This document shows, piece by piece, positions 25,190-37,954 of a stretch of 64,000 nt of DNA (the stretch's first letter is position 1; every line of letters begins with the position of its first letter). A program made the translations under genes and the position numbers. The notes beneath the pieces were generated by a model that was not told the origin of the DNA, searched no databases, and saw nothing but the letters and a program-made list of their open reading frames with translations. The stretch comes from the human T2T-CHM13v2.0 reference genome, Homo sapiens: NCBI RefSeq assembly GCF_009914755.1, contig NC_060941.1. One strand, written 5' to 3'.

Positions 25190-25745
25190 TAAACTTGTGA
25201 TAGAGACTCCAAATCACCTCTCAAAAGCCTGTTCCCATTCACACCCCTGCATACGGCATGTCAGTGGATCCCTTCCTCACTGGAGCAACACTAGATTTAG
25301 TCATAAAATATTTTTCAATTTCTTATTTCTATGATTAATAGGGAGGTTGGATATTTTGTGATATTCATTAGTTTATTTGACTATGTTTCTGTTTTTACCC
25401 TTTACCACTTTTCTAGCTAGTCATTTGCTTTTTTCTTGTTGATTTGTGGGAGTTCTTTATATATGATGAATATCAGTACTTTGTGTTTACATTGCAGATA
25501 TTCGTTCCCAGTCTGCTGCTTATTATTTTACCTTTTTAAGGTTGTTCTTTTCATCACATAAAAGTTTTTAAATTTTAAGTAGTCAAATGGTTTCCTTTAA
25601 GGCTTTGGATTTTGCATTTTTATACCAAAATGCTCTTGTATTTTCTTCCAAACTTTATAATTATTCTTTTTTTTTTTTTTTTTTTGCCTTTAAGTTCATT
25701 TTGGGGCATGGGGTGAGACAGAATAGCACCATTTTTCCACATTAA
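25190..25745 (-). mobile_element. Old L1 (L1ME-like) fragment with internal poly-T (25667-25685)
   Basis: TTTTTCTTGTTGATTTGTGGGAGTTCTTTATATATG...TTGCAGATATT...CCCAGTCTG is typical antisense L1M sequence. Confidence 0.75.
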
Positions 25746-25779
25746 ATCTTAGATATTGTGAGCCCTGGAGGACACAAAT

Positions 25780-26215
25780 TACAGCTTAGAGGCCTGGAGC
25801 ATGATTCTGGAGCCAGGCTTCCTGGGCCGGAGTCCACGTCCTGCCCATGGTGGCTGGCCATTGCTTTGGGGAGCCTCTCTGAGCCTCAGTGTCCTCTTTG
25901 AAAGAGTGGTTGTTCAGAGTAAGAGGGTATCTTCCTGTGGACGACTCAGCTTGCGTCTCAGCCCACAGTGAGCGAAGAACCAGGGGGTCTCACAGAGCCC
26001 TGACTCAGGCGCTGAGGGTCCCCCTAACCTCCAGGCAATTCGGCCTGCACCCCCACCCCCGCTTCTTCTTGCCTCTTCTAGAAGAGAGGAGGGTGGCGGT
26101 AAGGCTGGAAGGGGGAAGAAAATCTGTTTCCCAAAGCCTCCAGGTGATTCAGCCAGAGTGAGACCAAATGGCTTGGGTCTTGGGTTTTCAGCTTCCTCAC
26201 CTGTGCGGTGCAGGT
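25780..26215. mobile_element. MIR fragments
   Basis: CTCTCTGAGCCTCAGTGTCCTC and TTTCAGCTTCCTCACCTGTG cores. Confidence 0.5.
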
Positions 26216-28779
26216 GACAGCACCCCACTTCCTACTCTGTGGGCAGGTAACACCTGCGTGCTCTGAGAAGGGGAAAACATCTCCACCCTCCCCAGAGGCC
26301 TGCACGGCCGGAGGTCACAGTGAGGCGGCCACACGCCCCGGGCTCTTGCTCCGAGGGGACGCTGTCCCAACAAGAGGCCCCCTCACAGTCTGTCCTGACC
26401 CTGGCTCTGTGGCCCCTCCTTCTCCTTGATCAGGCCCCTCCCGGGTCTACCGGGATCTCTGGCTGCCCCCCGACCCCCTGCTGCAGCCCCAACCCTAGGT
26501 CTCCACAAAGACTTCGGGATGCCCCGTGAGCCCCTGGGTCCTGGACCCCTCTTCCTCCTCCAGCCCCTCCTCTCCCAGCTGCTCCTGGCTGCCCTTTAAT
26601 TGCTCAGAGCTGTTCAGCAACCTGGCGCGTAGCTGGTACATAAGTGGCTGTTGGTTGGAGTCAAGTGAGTGATGGGGAGATGCTAAGAAGAGTGAAAGAA
26701 GCCTCGGCACCCGCCGGGAGCAGGTGCTGGGGGTGTGAGTGCCGCTGAATGAACGCGTCCTGGGACGGGATCCTGAAGCCCACCCTCCCGCCGGGCCCCC
26801 ACAACCCAGAGCGCACACCAAACTTTCTACGTGTCTTTCCCGGTCAGCCTGAGCCCAAACCACCCATGTCCCTGAGCTTGTCCTTGTCTGAAAGAGGAGG
26901 GAAGTGTCTGTGTCCTCAGGAGCCCCTGGCCTTAAAGATAGGCACCCTGGCTCTGGCAGGCAGGTGGCCCCTGGCAGCCTCGCCCACGCCCGCGGTGACT
27001 AGCTCTCGGGCAAGCGATGCAAGTGCAGAAACCAGCTCTGTGTGGTCAGTGCCCCGGAGCTGCAGCGGCAGCAGAGGTCGGAACACCTTCCTCTGTGGGC
27101 ACGCCACGGAAATTTAAAGACACAGGGTGCTCTTTCGCAAACCGGGCTCGTTGATTCTACAGGAGAAGGTAACTATTATTGAGTTTCTTCTTTTTCAGAA
27201 TGAGTGGCATCCAAACCTGACTCATATTTCCAACTTTATTAATTTTTGCAAGACTTCGGAGGGTGCTCTGTGGCGATTAATATTGCTGAGCTGAGCACAG
27301 CTGCAATACTTTCCTGTAAAACTGACTAAAGGAGAAGTTGGTGTCTTCCTCATACAAGAAATACATAAATCAGTTAAAAATAGTTCTCCGAGCGGATATG
27401 ATGATGTCGTGGCCGTCACAGGAAACACATGAATCAGCCTCATCCTCAGTTCCAGGGAAGTGGGGACAGTCGGTGGTCCTTGGACCCCTCTTGGGGCGCG
27501 TGGGTGAGGCAGGGTCCCTCTGGCTTTACCTCATACCCGGACTGGCAAAGCTGCCTGGGAGGACAACTAAAACCATGCTCCTTTGATTCTGTGGACATTG
27601 CTAATTGCTGGGCGTTCATTTCTTGAATTCAGACCTTCTCATGAACCAGAGGAGCTGGCTCAGAAAAATGCCGGTGACGCATGGGCCTGAACTGGTCAGT
27701 GCAGCTCAGAGATGCTCGCCGTGGGGGACGTGCAGTTTGCCTGTGGGCCAGTTGTCCACCCGTCACCGTTACCCCGCTGAGGAAGCTGTGGGTGCCACCC
27801 AGAGAGCTTGGGTACAACACGGTCTCTGCTTTACTCATAAAAAGCCAAGACCTATGTGGTCATGGAGCGTTAAAACAGAAATTTCACACCACGCCGTACG
27901 GTCCCCGAGGCCAGGGTGTTGGCACATTTCACATCCAGGAGGTGCCGTCGCTGTCACTGGCTCAGCAAAGCCAGTGCCGAAGCCACTGCAACTGCCTGAG
28001 GCCCAGCGGTGGCTGGGAGCCAATTGGTGTCACTCGGTTACCACAGGGAAGGAGACGTGGCTGTAGAGGCTTGTCGCAGGTCACAGAGAAGGGACTTTTG
28101 GGCTCCAGGCCTAGTGGGTTCGAGTCAGCACGGTGTCTTCCCCGACACCAAACCCAAGGACCCTCAGCACTTCCTGACCTCAGGTTTCTATTTCTAGGGT
28201 GGGGAGTAGAGGTGAAGGGAAGCAAAGTCAGAGTTGAATATAAAGCTCCAGAAAAACTCAGCTCAGAATTGACTAGAGGGTTGAGAGCCTGAGATCCCTA
28301 AGGGGACATGTCAACCCAGGGCAGCCGCTGAGGGAGATTGACATGGTTTCCATGGTCCTTCCACTGGGCTGGGGCCCTCCCTGGGGAGTCTGTGCTGGGC
28401 TGGACCTTCTTCCCTGCCAGTGGCCTCTCCTGGCTGGGTGGGGAGCTCCGGGGGAGCAGACGGCAAGAGTCTTGTTTGGAAACATGCCCTTCCCAGGAAA
28501 TCCCCAAAACAAAACCTGAGAAGATCTCCTGGAAGCTCAAAAGCAATTTTCTTTTCATATGTCGGGCCAATAAGAGTTAATTTCACCCAGTTTCTATATT
28601 TTCATGGGTCCTTAGAAGCTTTCTGACCCTGTGCCCTGAGACTTAGGGTCTGATGGCTGAAGGAACCTTGGTCCCAGGTCCCTCTCCTGTGGAGGGGCCG
28701 TCAGAGGGAGAGAAGAGCTCGCCCTGGTTCACTTGGCCTGTCCTGAAAGAGAACCAGGAGGGAGAGCAGCCTAGCATGG

Positions 28780-29172
28780 GTGCACACAAGCATATGTACA
28801 AACATGTGCTAGGGCAACTCACACACGTCCACATGCATGCACATACACACATGCCCACACCCATGCACACTTATGTGTGCACACAGATTCAGACTGTACC
28901 TGTACACTTCCACACTTCCACATGCATGCACATACACACATGCCCACACCCATGCACACTTGTGTGTGCACACACAGATTCAGACTGTACCTGTACACTT
29001 ACTTCCACATGCATGCACATACATGTCCACGCCCATGCACACTTGTATGTGCTTGCACAGATTCACACGTGTACATGCACACACACATTAGCATGTCCTT
29101 GCATATGCACACATACACACATCTGACTTCACATTACATACACACATGTACATGCACATACATGACACACAT
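28780..29172 (+). repeat. CA/TG-rich degenerate simple repeat with an internal ~88-bp duplication
   Basis: CCACATGCATGCACATACA at ~28829, 28918, 29005; ACAGATTCAGACTGTACCTGTACACTT twice. Confidence 0.85.
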
Positions 29173-31942
29173 GGCTCGAACTGGAGGGGAGGGTCCCAGT
29201 TGCTCCCCTCGCCTGACCATCTAGTAAGTGTTGTGCCCCATGCTGCCCCATCCTGGGCTCCTGGCCAGGCTCTAAGATTAACTAGAGAGGCTCTGTCCCT
29301 AAGAAAGGTCACGCACTTCAGGGTAGGTAAGGTGGACAGGCAAGGCCTGGTGACCTCGGCCCATCCTTGTGCCTCCAGAAGCCGTAACTCACCTCAAAGA
29401 GGTTTTCCTGCTGGAGGGAACTATCTCTGAGCAACAGGGGCAGACTTCACAGCTCAGGCGCCCTCCTGAAGGTAAGAGGCACTGGGCTCGCCTATCAAAG
29501 ACACTCTCCTGTCCCCGCAGGTTCCCCTATGTCCCATCAGGGAGCTGGGCTCCAAAGTCTCCCGCCCTGCTTCTCCTAGAGAATGCAAAGGCTGCCTCTC
29601 TTCCCTCCCAGTGTAACCTGACCCTCCTCTGTGCCCCTTGGCCACCCTTGCATCCTCTAGCTCCTTCTGACACCTTCTTTTTGACTGTTCACAGAGGGCA
29701 GGATCTGAAGCCTGCAGAGGTGACCCTTGGTGCCTTGTGCAAGGCTGGCCAGCAAGTAAGCATGACTTTTGGCTCTGCTGCCAGCTGGGCCATTTGATCT
29801 ACACACACTTTTCTGCCTCTACCTGGAGTTAGGCGAGGCTCTCTATAGAATGGGTACTTGTCAACAAAGTGGGCTTAGACTCCGGGCAGTAGCAGTTGAG
29901 GCAGGAGCAGTGGGAGAAGTCTGGGCTAATGGCAAGCACCCAGTCCCCTCTGTGAGCTGCCCACTTGTCCCAGGCTCTGCCATGGCCCTTCCTCTGATTT
30001 TTAGGAGCTTTCATGAGGCCTCGCACAGCCTGAAGGAGCAGAGCTTGTTGTGCTAATCCCCAGCATCCTCTGCAGAGTTCTCAACACCTTGTGGCCGAAA
30101 GGTCCTTCAGATTGTCCAGGCACCCACCCCGAAAACCAGCCCTGGCATGGGGGTGCTGACCCCTCCCGGAGCAGTGGGGTGCAGGGCTCATAAGGCGGGG
30201 TCTGCAAAGCATGCTGGGGTCTTGCTCTGTGCTTACTCCAAGGATGCAGCCCGGAGTGCCACTGCTCTTGGACTTTCCTTGAGACACCCAGAGCATTGTG
30301 TGGCCATCACTTCTCACGTGGTCTGGCTGCTTGGGGGGCTGGCCTGAGTCAGCTAGGGCCAGTGCTCACCTTATCCTAATCACCTACTGGGGGATTTTGT
30401 AGGCTTGACCCTCCATGCCCTGGTGTTTCCCACAGGCTGTGAGGTTCTAGGGTGTCCCAGGGAGGATAGACGAGGCTGGTGTCCTAGGATCCCTCCCTGT
30501 CCGATCCAAGGTGAGGCTGCCAGGGAATGGAATCTGGCTCTCAGGCATGGGGGCCAGGCTCGCCTGCAGCCTCAATGTGGCTGGGCCCTGAAGGCCAGGG
30601 GTGGGTGGGGTGCAGCCCAGAGCTTTCTGCGGCTGAATCACCCTCTGGGTACAGGAAGCCTGACCGCATGACTTCCAAACTGATGCAACTCGGACTTTCT
30701 ACTGAATTTGTGAGCTGTGATACTATTGCTTCTGAAGTCAAAGAGGGCTCAGAGGGTTCACGGAGCATTCCCTTTCAATGACGATCGGCCTCTCTGGAAT
30801 ATCTCCAGTGTCAGCAGGGATGGTGTCAGGGTTCTCCTAGCAAGAAGTCATAAGGAATGGAAGGGCTGAGAAAAATGAGGGTTAGAGTGACACCATGTCA
30901 GTCCCCCTGGCTAGCCTCTGCCAGCTGGACAAGCTGGGGCCTCCTCTCCACCTTGACTGGCCTGTGCCGGGGGAGGGAGCCAAGGGCAGGACCCTCTTGC
31001 ACCTCTACCCTGGGCCTGGTCCATTCTCGCTCCTGGGACCTCCCCAGAGACCTCCGCAGCACACCCCACCAGCACAGTGAGCAGCACGGAGAGACCCAGA
31101 CCGAAGTGGCCATGTGCTCCATGTGAGGGCTCCGTAGGAAGCAAGGATGTACAAGTGGCTCCTTTCCCCTTCCTAGGGGTCCCTTGCAGGGCTGGGACCC
31201 CACTCTAGGCGAGGCCTCTGGGCAAGGATGACCGTCCCTGCCTGCCTCTGGGAAAGAGTAAGTTCCTGCTCCTGGTGTCAGCGCCGACTGGTTCTCCAGG
31301 GACCACGGCGGAGGTCTGCCCTCTGTCTTACTTTCTCATAGAGATTTTCCGTGGGACCTGGGCTCCCTGCCTGGTTAGGGCTGGTTGAAGAATAAGTGGG
31401 AACGGTGGAGGAAGGAAGGGGATGTGCCAGCTGTTGCTCTGGCCCTTTCGTGTGGATATGAATCCCTGGTGAGAGGCAGATCCTGCGGTCAGTGCGGAGC
31501 CCACCACATTCCCCCAGGAGGGTGTGTCCGGGGCTGTGTATGGGGGAAAGCTGGGCAAACAGGGTCATGCCGTGAATGCAGGGGCAGGAGCAGGGACGTT
31601 TCTCTCTGCAGACACTGGTGCTCCCCAAAGCAGGAGAAATGGCACACAGCCATGTTGTGGACACATTTGTGAGAAAATTCCTCTGAATGTCAGAGAACAT
31701 GGAAGAGATGAAGCTACCAGCTTAGAGAGACACAGGAACACATACTACAGACACACAGCACGCACATACCCAGACACACCCAGACACACTCACCAGACAC
31801 ACAGACTCACACAGAGAACACACCACGTCACACACAGAGATTCACAAAGAACCACATCACACACGTTTTCACCCACAGAGAGAACATACCCACATCATAC
31901 CCATGTGCTGACACACAAGAGCATAAACTCACACACACATAC

Positions 31943-32980
31943 ATGAACTCACACCGAGAACACAGGCATCACACACAGGGACTCACGCACAGAGGGCATG
32001 TGGACACTACACACATGTTCTCACACAGCACACGCCCCGTCACACCCATGAACTCACACCGAGAACACAACATCACACACAGGGACTCACGCACAGAGGA
32101 CATGTGGACACTACACACATGTTCTCACACAGCACACGCCCCGTCACACCCATGAACTCACACCGAGAACACAACATCACACACAGGGACTCACGCACAG
32201 AGGACATGTGGACACTACACACATGTTCTCACACAGCACACGCCCCGTCACACCCATGAACTCACACCCAGAACACAACATCACACACAGGGACTCACGC
32301 ACAGAGGACATGTGGACACTACACACATGTTCTCACACAGCACACGCCCCGTCACACCCATGAACTCACACCCAGAACACAACATCACACACAGGGACTC
32401 ATGCACAGAGGACATGGGAACACTACACACACGTTCTCACACAGCACGCCCCGTCACACCCATGAACTCACACCCAGAACACAACATCACACACAGGGAC
32501 TCACGCACAGAGGACATGTGGACACTACACACATGTTCTCACACAGAACACACCCCGTCACACCCATGAACTCACACCCAGAACACAACATCACACACAG
32601 GGACTCATGCACAGAGGACATGGGAACACTACACACACGTTCTCACACAGCACGCCCCGTCACACCCATGAACTCACACCCAGAACACAACATCACACAC
32701 AGGGACTCACGCACAGAGGACATGTGGACACTACACACATGTTCTCACACAGCACACGCCCCGTCACACCCATGAACTCACACCCAGAACACAACATCAC
32801 ACACAGGGACTCATGCACAGAGGACATGGGAACACTACACACACGTTCTCACACAGCACGCCCCGTCACACCCATGAACTCACACCCAGAACACAACATC
32901 ACACACAGGGACTCACGCACAGAGGACATGTGAACACTACACACACGTTCTCACACAGCACACACCCCGTCACACCCACA
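31943..32980 (+). repeat. 104/102-bp CA-rich minisatellite, 10 units, inside a longer CA-rich tract (31725-33005)
   Basis: ATGAACTCACACC at 31943, 32048, 32152, 32256, 32360, 32462, 32566, 32668, 32772, 32874. Confidence 0.97.
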
Positions 32981-33009
32981 CCCCCACATGCGTAGACACA
33001 CACATCCTT

Positions 33010-34140
33010 ACTCTGCGCGCATCCCTGGCCTGGTGGACGGAAGATCGAGCGCTCTGGGTGGACTTACGGCCACAGGACGGGGGCAGAGTCGGCAGGGAGG
33101 CCCCTCCGAGGCCCAGTGGGCCCCGCGCTGGCCCCGGCCGCAGACGCCCACCTGCTGTGCTGGCTGCGGCGTGTGCCCCGGGGTCTGTGGCTGACCTGGC
33201 CTCCACGTCTCACCCATGAAGCAGGCATGAGAGGCTGGCCAGGTTGGCTAAATGGGACCACAGCAGAAGCACGAGCCCCAGAATGTGCACGAAGGAAGAG
33301 AGAGCCGGGGGAGGTGGCGGGCTGGGTGTGCAGAGTGGGCCTGAGCTCCGGCCTCCTCCCTGGACGCCCTCCCGTGGCCGCAGCCATCCCTGCACCCACT
33401 GATGTGGCCTGACCCCTCACCCTGAGCCCACCCTTCGCGGCCACTAGGGAACCTCAGGAGAGGCCGCCGCGGTGGGGTGGGCGGATTCCCCCGGAGCAGG
33501 CCCAGGCCCCTGCTTCTGAGCGCTCCTGCAGCGCCGCCTGCTGGCCACAGAGAACCCGCGTGTGCCGGCCGCCAGGCCTGGGCATCTCCTCTCCTGCAGC
33601 GCCGCCTGCTGGCCACAGAGAACCCACGTGCGCCGGCCGCCAGGCCTGGGCATCTCCTCTCCTGCAGCGCCGCCTGCTGGCCACAGAGAACCCACGTGTG
33701 CCGGCCGCCAGGCCTGGGCATCTCCCCTCCTGCAGCGCCGCCTGCTGGCCACAGAGAACCCACGTGTGCCGGCCGCCAGGCCTGGGCATCTCCTCTCCTG
33801 CAGCGCCGCCTGCTGGCCACAGAGAACCCACGTGCGCCGGCCGCCAGGCCTGGGCATCTCCCCTCCTGCAGCGCCGCCTGCTGGCCACAGAGAACCCACG
33901 TGCGCCGGCCGCCAGGCCTGGGCATCTCCCCTCCTGCAGCGCCGCCTGCTGGCCACAGAGAACCCACGTGTGCCGGCCGCCAGGCCTGGGCATCTCCTCT
34001 CCTGCAGCGCCGCCTGCTGGCCACAGAGAACCCGCGTGCGCCAGCCGCCAGGCCTGGGCATCTCCCCTCCTGCAGCGCCGCCTGCTGGCCACAGAGAACC
34101 CACGTACGCCAGCCGCCAGGCCTGGGCATCTCCCCGGGCC
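33010..34140. promoter_or_regulatory. CpG island (includes the 68-bp VNTR)
   Basis: High GC and dense CpG (GGCCGCCGCGG, CCGGCCGCC, GCGCCGCC). Confidence 0.85.
33523..34134 (-). repeat. 68-bp VNTR, 9 units, each carrying a CTCF-like motif TGGCCAGCAGGCGGCGCTG on the minus strand
   Basis: CTCCTGCAGC at 33523, 33591, 33659...34067; first motif at 33529-33547; CACGTG in units 2-7. Confidence 0.95.
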
Positions 34141-34334
34141 CTAGTTCCCCCCCTCACCTAAGGGGAGGGACTCCCGTCTTTCCATCCACCCCCTCCTTGC
34201 CTCTGCAGAGCTCCAGGGAAGGCTGGCACCCGCTCACTGCATTTAGACTCCATCAGGTTCAGACAGTGGGTCAGGGTACAAGGCTTCAGCGGCCAGGGAT
34301 GTGGCCTCTAATTTGTAGAGAGAAAGAAGGGCAG

Positions 34335-34445
34335 AGGTAGGTAGGTAGATATATGATAGATGGTTGATAGATAAAAATAGATGAAATAGATGGCATGGTT
34401 ACATAGGTGGGTAGGTAGATAGATGACAGATAGAAAGACAATAGA
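34335..34445 (+). repeat. Degenerate (TAGA/TAGG)n tetranucleotide tract
   Basis: GGTAGGTAGGTAGATA...GATAGATA...GTAGGTAGATAGATGACAGATAGA. Confidence 0.75.
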
Positions 34446-35431
34446 CCACTGGGGGCTGAGCCTGGCCTGAGCCAGAAAGGTGAGAAGGGGACAGCGGTGA
34501 GGACCCCACAGGTCCCTGCTCTCACCTATTAGCCCCAGTGTTTGGCCTGAGCTCTGACTGACAGCTCCCTCTTTCCGAGATGAGACTCAAGAGGAGGAAG
34601 AGGGGACTTCCTAAGGACAGGGATTCTTGGTGTCTCCTTGGGGCTGGTAGACACTGCCTGCCTCGCCTGCTGTGGCCTCTCTGCACACAACCAACGACCC
34701 CTAAAGGGCTCTGTGGGTGCCCATGCTGCCCCCATCAGCTGACACCCCCTGTGCGAAGATTCTCCTCCTCCTCTTCCTCCTGCCTTTCTGTCCCCTCATC
34801 CTCCTCTTTATGGAATTAACTTCCCTTGGTCAACATCTTCCTGCTTCACTCACTTCCCTAAACTCCTCCCTATCCCTTCTCAATCTGCAAGAAAAATGTA
34901 GAAAGAATATGGTAAAGGAAAGCTTTGAGCCCATATTTGGGTCCAATGCCGACACCACATGCCCCAAAGCCCCCTTGAGAGCATCCACGTCCGTGTAGTT
35001 GAGTATTGCCCGAGCTGGAGTGAGATTTGCCTCTCTACGGAGCTGCCTTCCTGCAGTTCAAGAGCACTGTCTCTTTTCTGGGCCTCCTGCCTGGTGCAAG
35101 GGCCCCAGCTGAGCCTCCTCCAGCTCTGACCTCTGGTGGTCCCGGGCTACCCCAGAGGGTCTTGCCCGGGCTCTGACACTTGGCATGGGCTGGGAGCTCC
35201 AGCAGCCACAGCCCAGCCCTGGGGAGGCTTTGTGGTCTCTGAGGGGGCAGGTGCACTCCCCCAACTCCAGTTCATGTTTTTCCCTCCAACTCTAAGCCTT
35301 TTTCTTCCTCTGCTATTACCCAGGCACCCTACCCTGTCAACAACACTGGCCTTCAAGACCCTTTGTAGCATAACTCCCACCTATAACTCCCACCTGAAGC
35401 CAGCCCTTCCCACCTCTGCGCCTCTGATGCC

Positions 35432-35572
35432 CAGGACAGCTCTGACCGTGGGCAGCTCTGACCCAGGACAGCTCTGACCTTGGGCAGCCCTGATCTGGGG
35501 CAGCTCTGACCTCGAGTAGCTGTGACCCTGGGCAGCTCTGACTCTGGGTAGTCGTGACCCTGGGGAGCTCTC
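35432..35572 (+). repeat. 16-bp tandem repeat (GGGCAGCTCTGACCNN), ~8-9 diverged units
   Basis: CAGCTCTGACC recurs with a 16-bp period. Confidence 0.85.
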
Positions 35573-36289
35573 AGCATGGGGGTTGCACGCTCCTGTTTAG
35601 ACAGCTGCCGTCCCCCAAGCTGGCTCACTATCCCATGTTGGAGTGCACTGTTCGGGGCTGCCTGCCTGGATTGATGCAGGGAAACTTGGTTCCAGCCCAC
35701 CTCCTCCTGCGGAGGCTGAGTCAGGGGCTCTTCCCTCGGCCAGGCTGAAAGGCAGCAGTTGGTCCCCCTGTGAGGTCTTCCACATGGCCTGGGAGAGTCT
35801 CCCCATCTCTTCAGGCAGAAGGGAGGACAGTCCATAATGTTCCTTCCAGTCCTCTGACTTGTCATTTTTCTACCCCAAATCTTGCACTTTACCCGCATAG
35901 AGAGCTCCTGAAGGGGGAATTTTAACTGGCAAAACTCAGAACTCCATCCAAACACAACCGAAACCATCCTGGGTGGCTTAGAGGTGGCTGCCTCCCAGAC
36001 AAGTCCATAGCCCCACAGAAACGTCTGGTCCTTCACCTGCCAGAGCTCAGGCTTTTTGGTTGAAGCCGGAGACAGGCCCAGCTCAGAGTGTGCCCCGGTT
36101 TATCCTGAACACCGACTTGGTGCGGTGTGTGTGACAGACCAGCGAAGCGGGTCTTGCTGCCTGTCCTGTGGTTGGCCCTTGGCTCCCAGCCTCGAGTCCT
36201 ACCCTTAGGCCAGGTCAGAGCAGGTTCAGCAGCAGGACTGGCTAGGCACCACCCAGGCTCATGAGGTGGCTTTGTGGGGAGGAAATGAG

Positions 36290-37395
36290 GTGTTTTTTTT
36301 TCTCTTGTAAAGTTGCTTGTTGTTAATTTAAAATTTTAATTTCATTTCTGAATTAACATTCAGCAAAACTGCTATTTTTCGGTGTACAGTTCTATGAGTT
36401 TAACACGTTTATAGATTCATGTAGCAACACTGTGGATACAGAACAGTTACATCACCCCCAGAACTCCGTTCACAGTCACACTCCCCCACCCAGCCCCGGC
36501 AGCTCTCCCTGTGGTTTGTCTTTTGCAGAGGAAATCCCGCAGCTGGCGGCACTTGGAGACCGGCTCCTCGCCGAGCCGACCGCGCGTGCGCGGCTCCCTC
36601 CTCGTCCGTGCTGAGCGCCGCGTGGGGTTCCGCGTGGAGGCGCCTGTGCCGCTGAAGCGTGTTTGGGTTGCTTCCAGGGTGGGATGGTTGTTGGATGGAG
36701 CTGTTTGTGCATTTGCGTTGTAGGTTTTTGTGTGAACATAAGCCTTTGTTTCTCGGGTACATACCCAGAAGTGCAATTGCTGAGTCATGTGGGAAGCGTG
36801 TGCCCAACTTTACAGGAAAACGCCACAGGCCGCCCCTTCGCTTTGCGCTCCCGCTAATCGGGAATGAGTGCCTGCTGCTCCGCGTTCTTGCGGGCACCCA
36901 GCATTTTCCGTGCTTACATTTCAGCCATCCCGGAATGAATGAAAAGCGTTTCCTAGTGGCTGTAATTTGCATCTCCCTGGTGGCTGATGGAAGCTTATTT
37001 CCCATCCATATCCCTTGCTTGGTGGCGCATCTGTTCAAGTCCTTCCCCGGTTTGTAACTGGATTATTTGGTGTTTTTACTGTTGGATTTTGAGAGTTCTT
37101 TATGTATTCTAGATTCCTTTGCCAGATATGAGATTCACAAATATTTTCTCCAACTCTATGTCTTGTGTTTTCATTCTCTCAACAGTGACTTTTGCAGCAT
37201 TCATAGGGATTTTCTGTTTTCTTCTCAAAGTTTTATAAACCACTATATTTAAAATTTTAATTTAAAAACTATAAACCTATTATAGTTTTTAAATTAAACT
37301 GTAAACCTCTTATATAGATTTTCTGTTTAAACTTATGATTCCTTTTAAGTTAATTATTATGTAAGTTGTGAGGGTTGGGTCAAGGCATTCCTTTG
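36290..37395 (-). mobile_element. Old L1 (L1MB/L1ME-like) 3' region, antisense, with a CpG-rich core at ~36480-36930
   Basis: GGTGTACAGTTCTATGAGTTT, TTTGGGTTGCTTCCAG, TACATACCCAGAAGTGCAATTGCTGAGTCAT, GTAATTTGCATCTCCCTG, GAGAGTTCTTTATGTATTCTAGA are L1M landmarks. Confidence 0.85.
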
Positions 37396-37660
37396 CTTAA
37401 AATCCCCAGCTTTTCATTTCTCTCAGACAGAAGTCTTGACCTGCAGGGTCAGGCTCCCCTGCTCTCTGAGCTCGCCCTCCCCACACAGCGCTAGCCCCTG
37501 GACTATTCTCACCACTCAGGCCTTGGCCTCCATACCCGCTTGGCACCCGCCAAAGGGTCCAGGGACCCCTCCACAGGGCAGCGTTCTGTCTGTGAGGTGA
37601 AGCGGGAGCAGAGGGCCAGGCAGAGCCAGGCTGGGACCCAATCTCTGCTTCAGGCTGGTC

Positions 37661-37954
<294 letters not shown>

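Noticed and set aside
33248-34340. 194-293-aa ORFs over the CpG island
   Set aside because: Read-through of the 68-bp VNTR in all frames.
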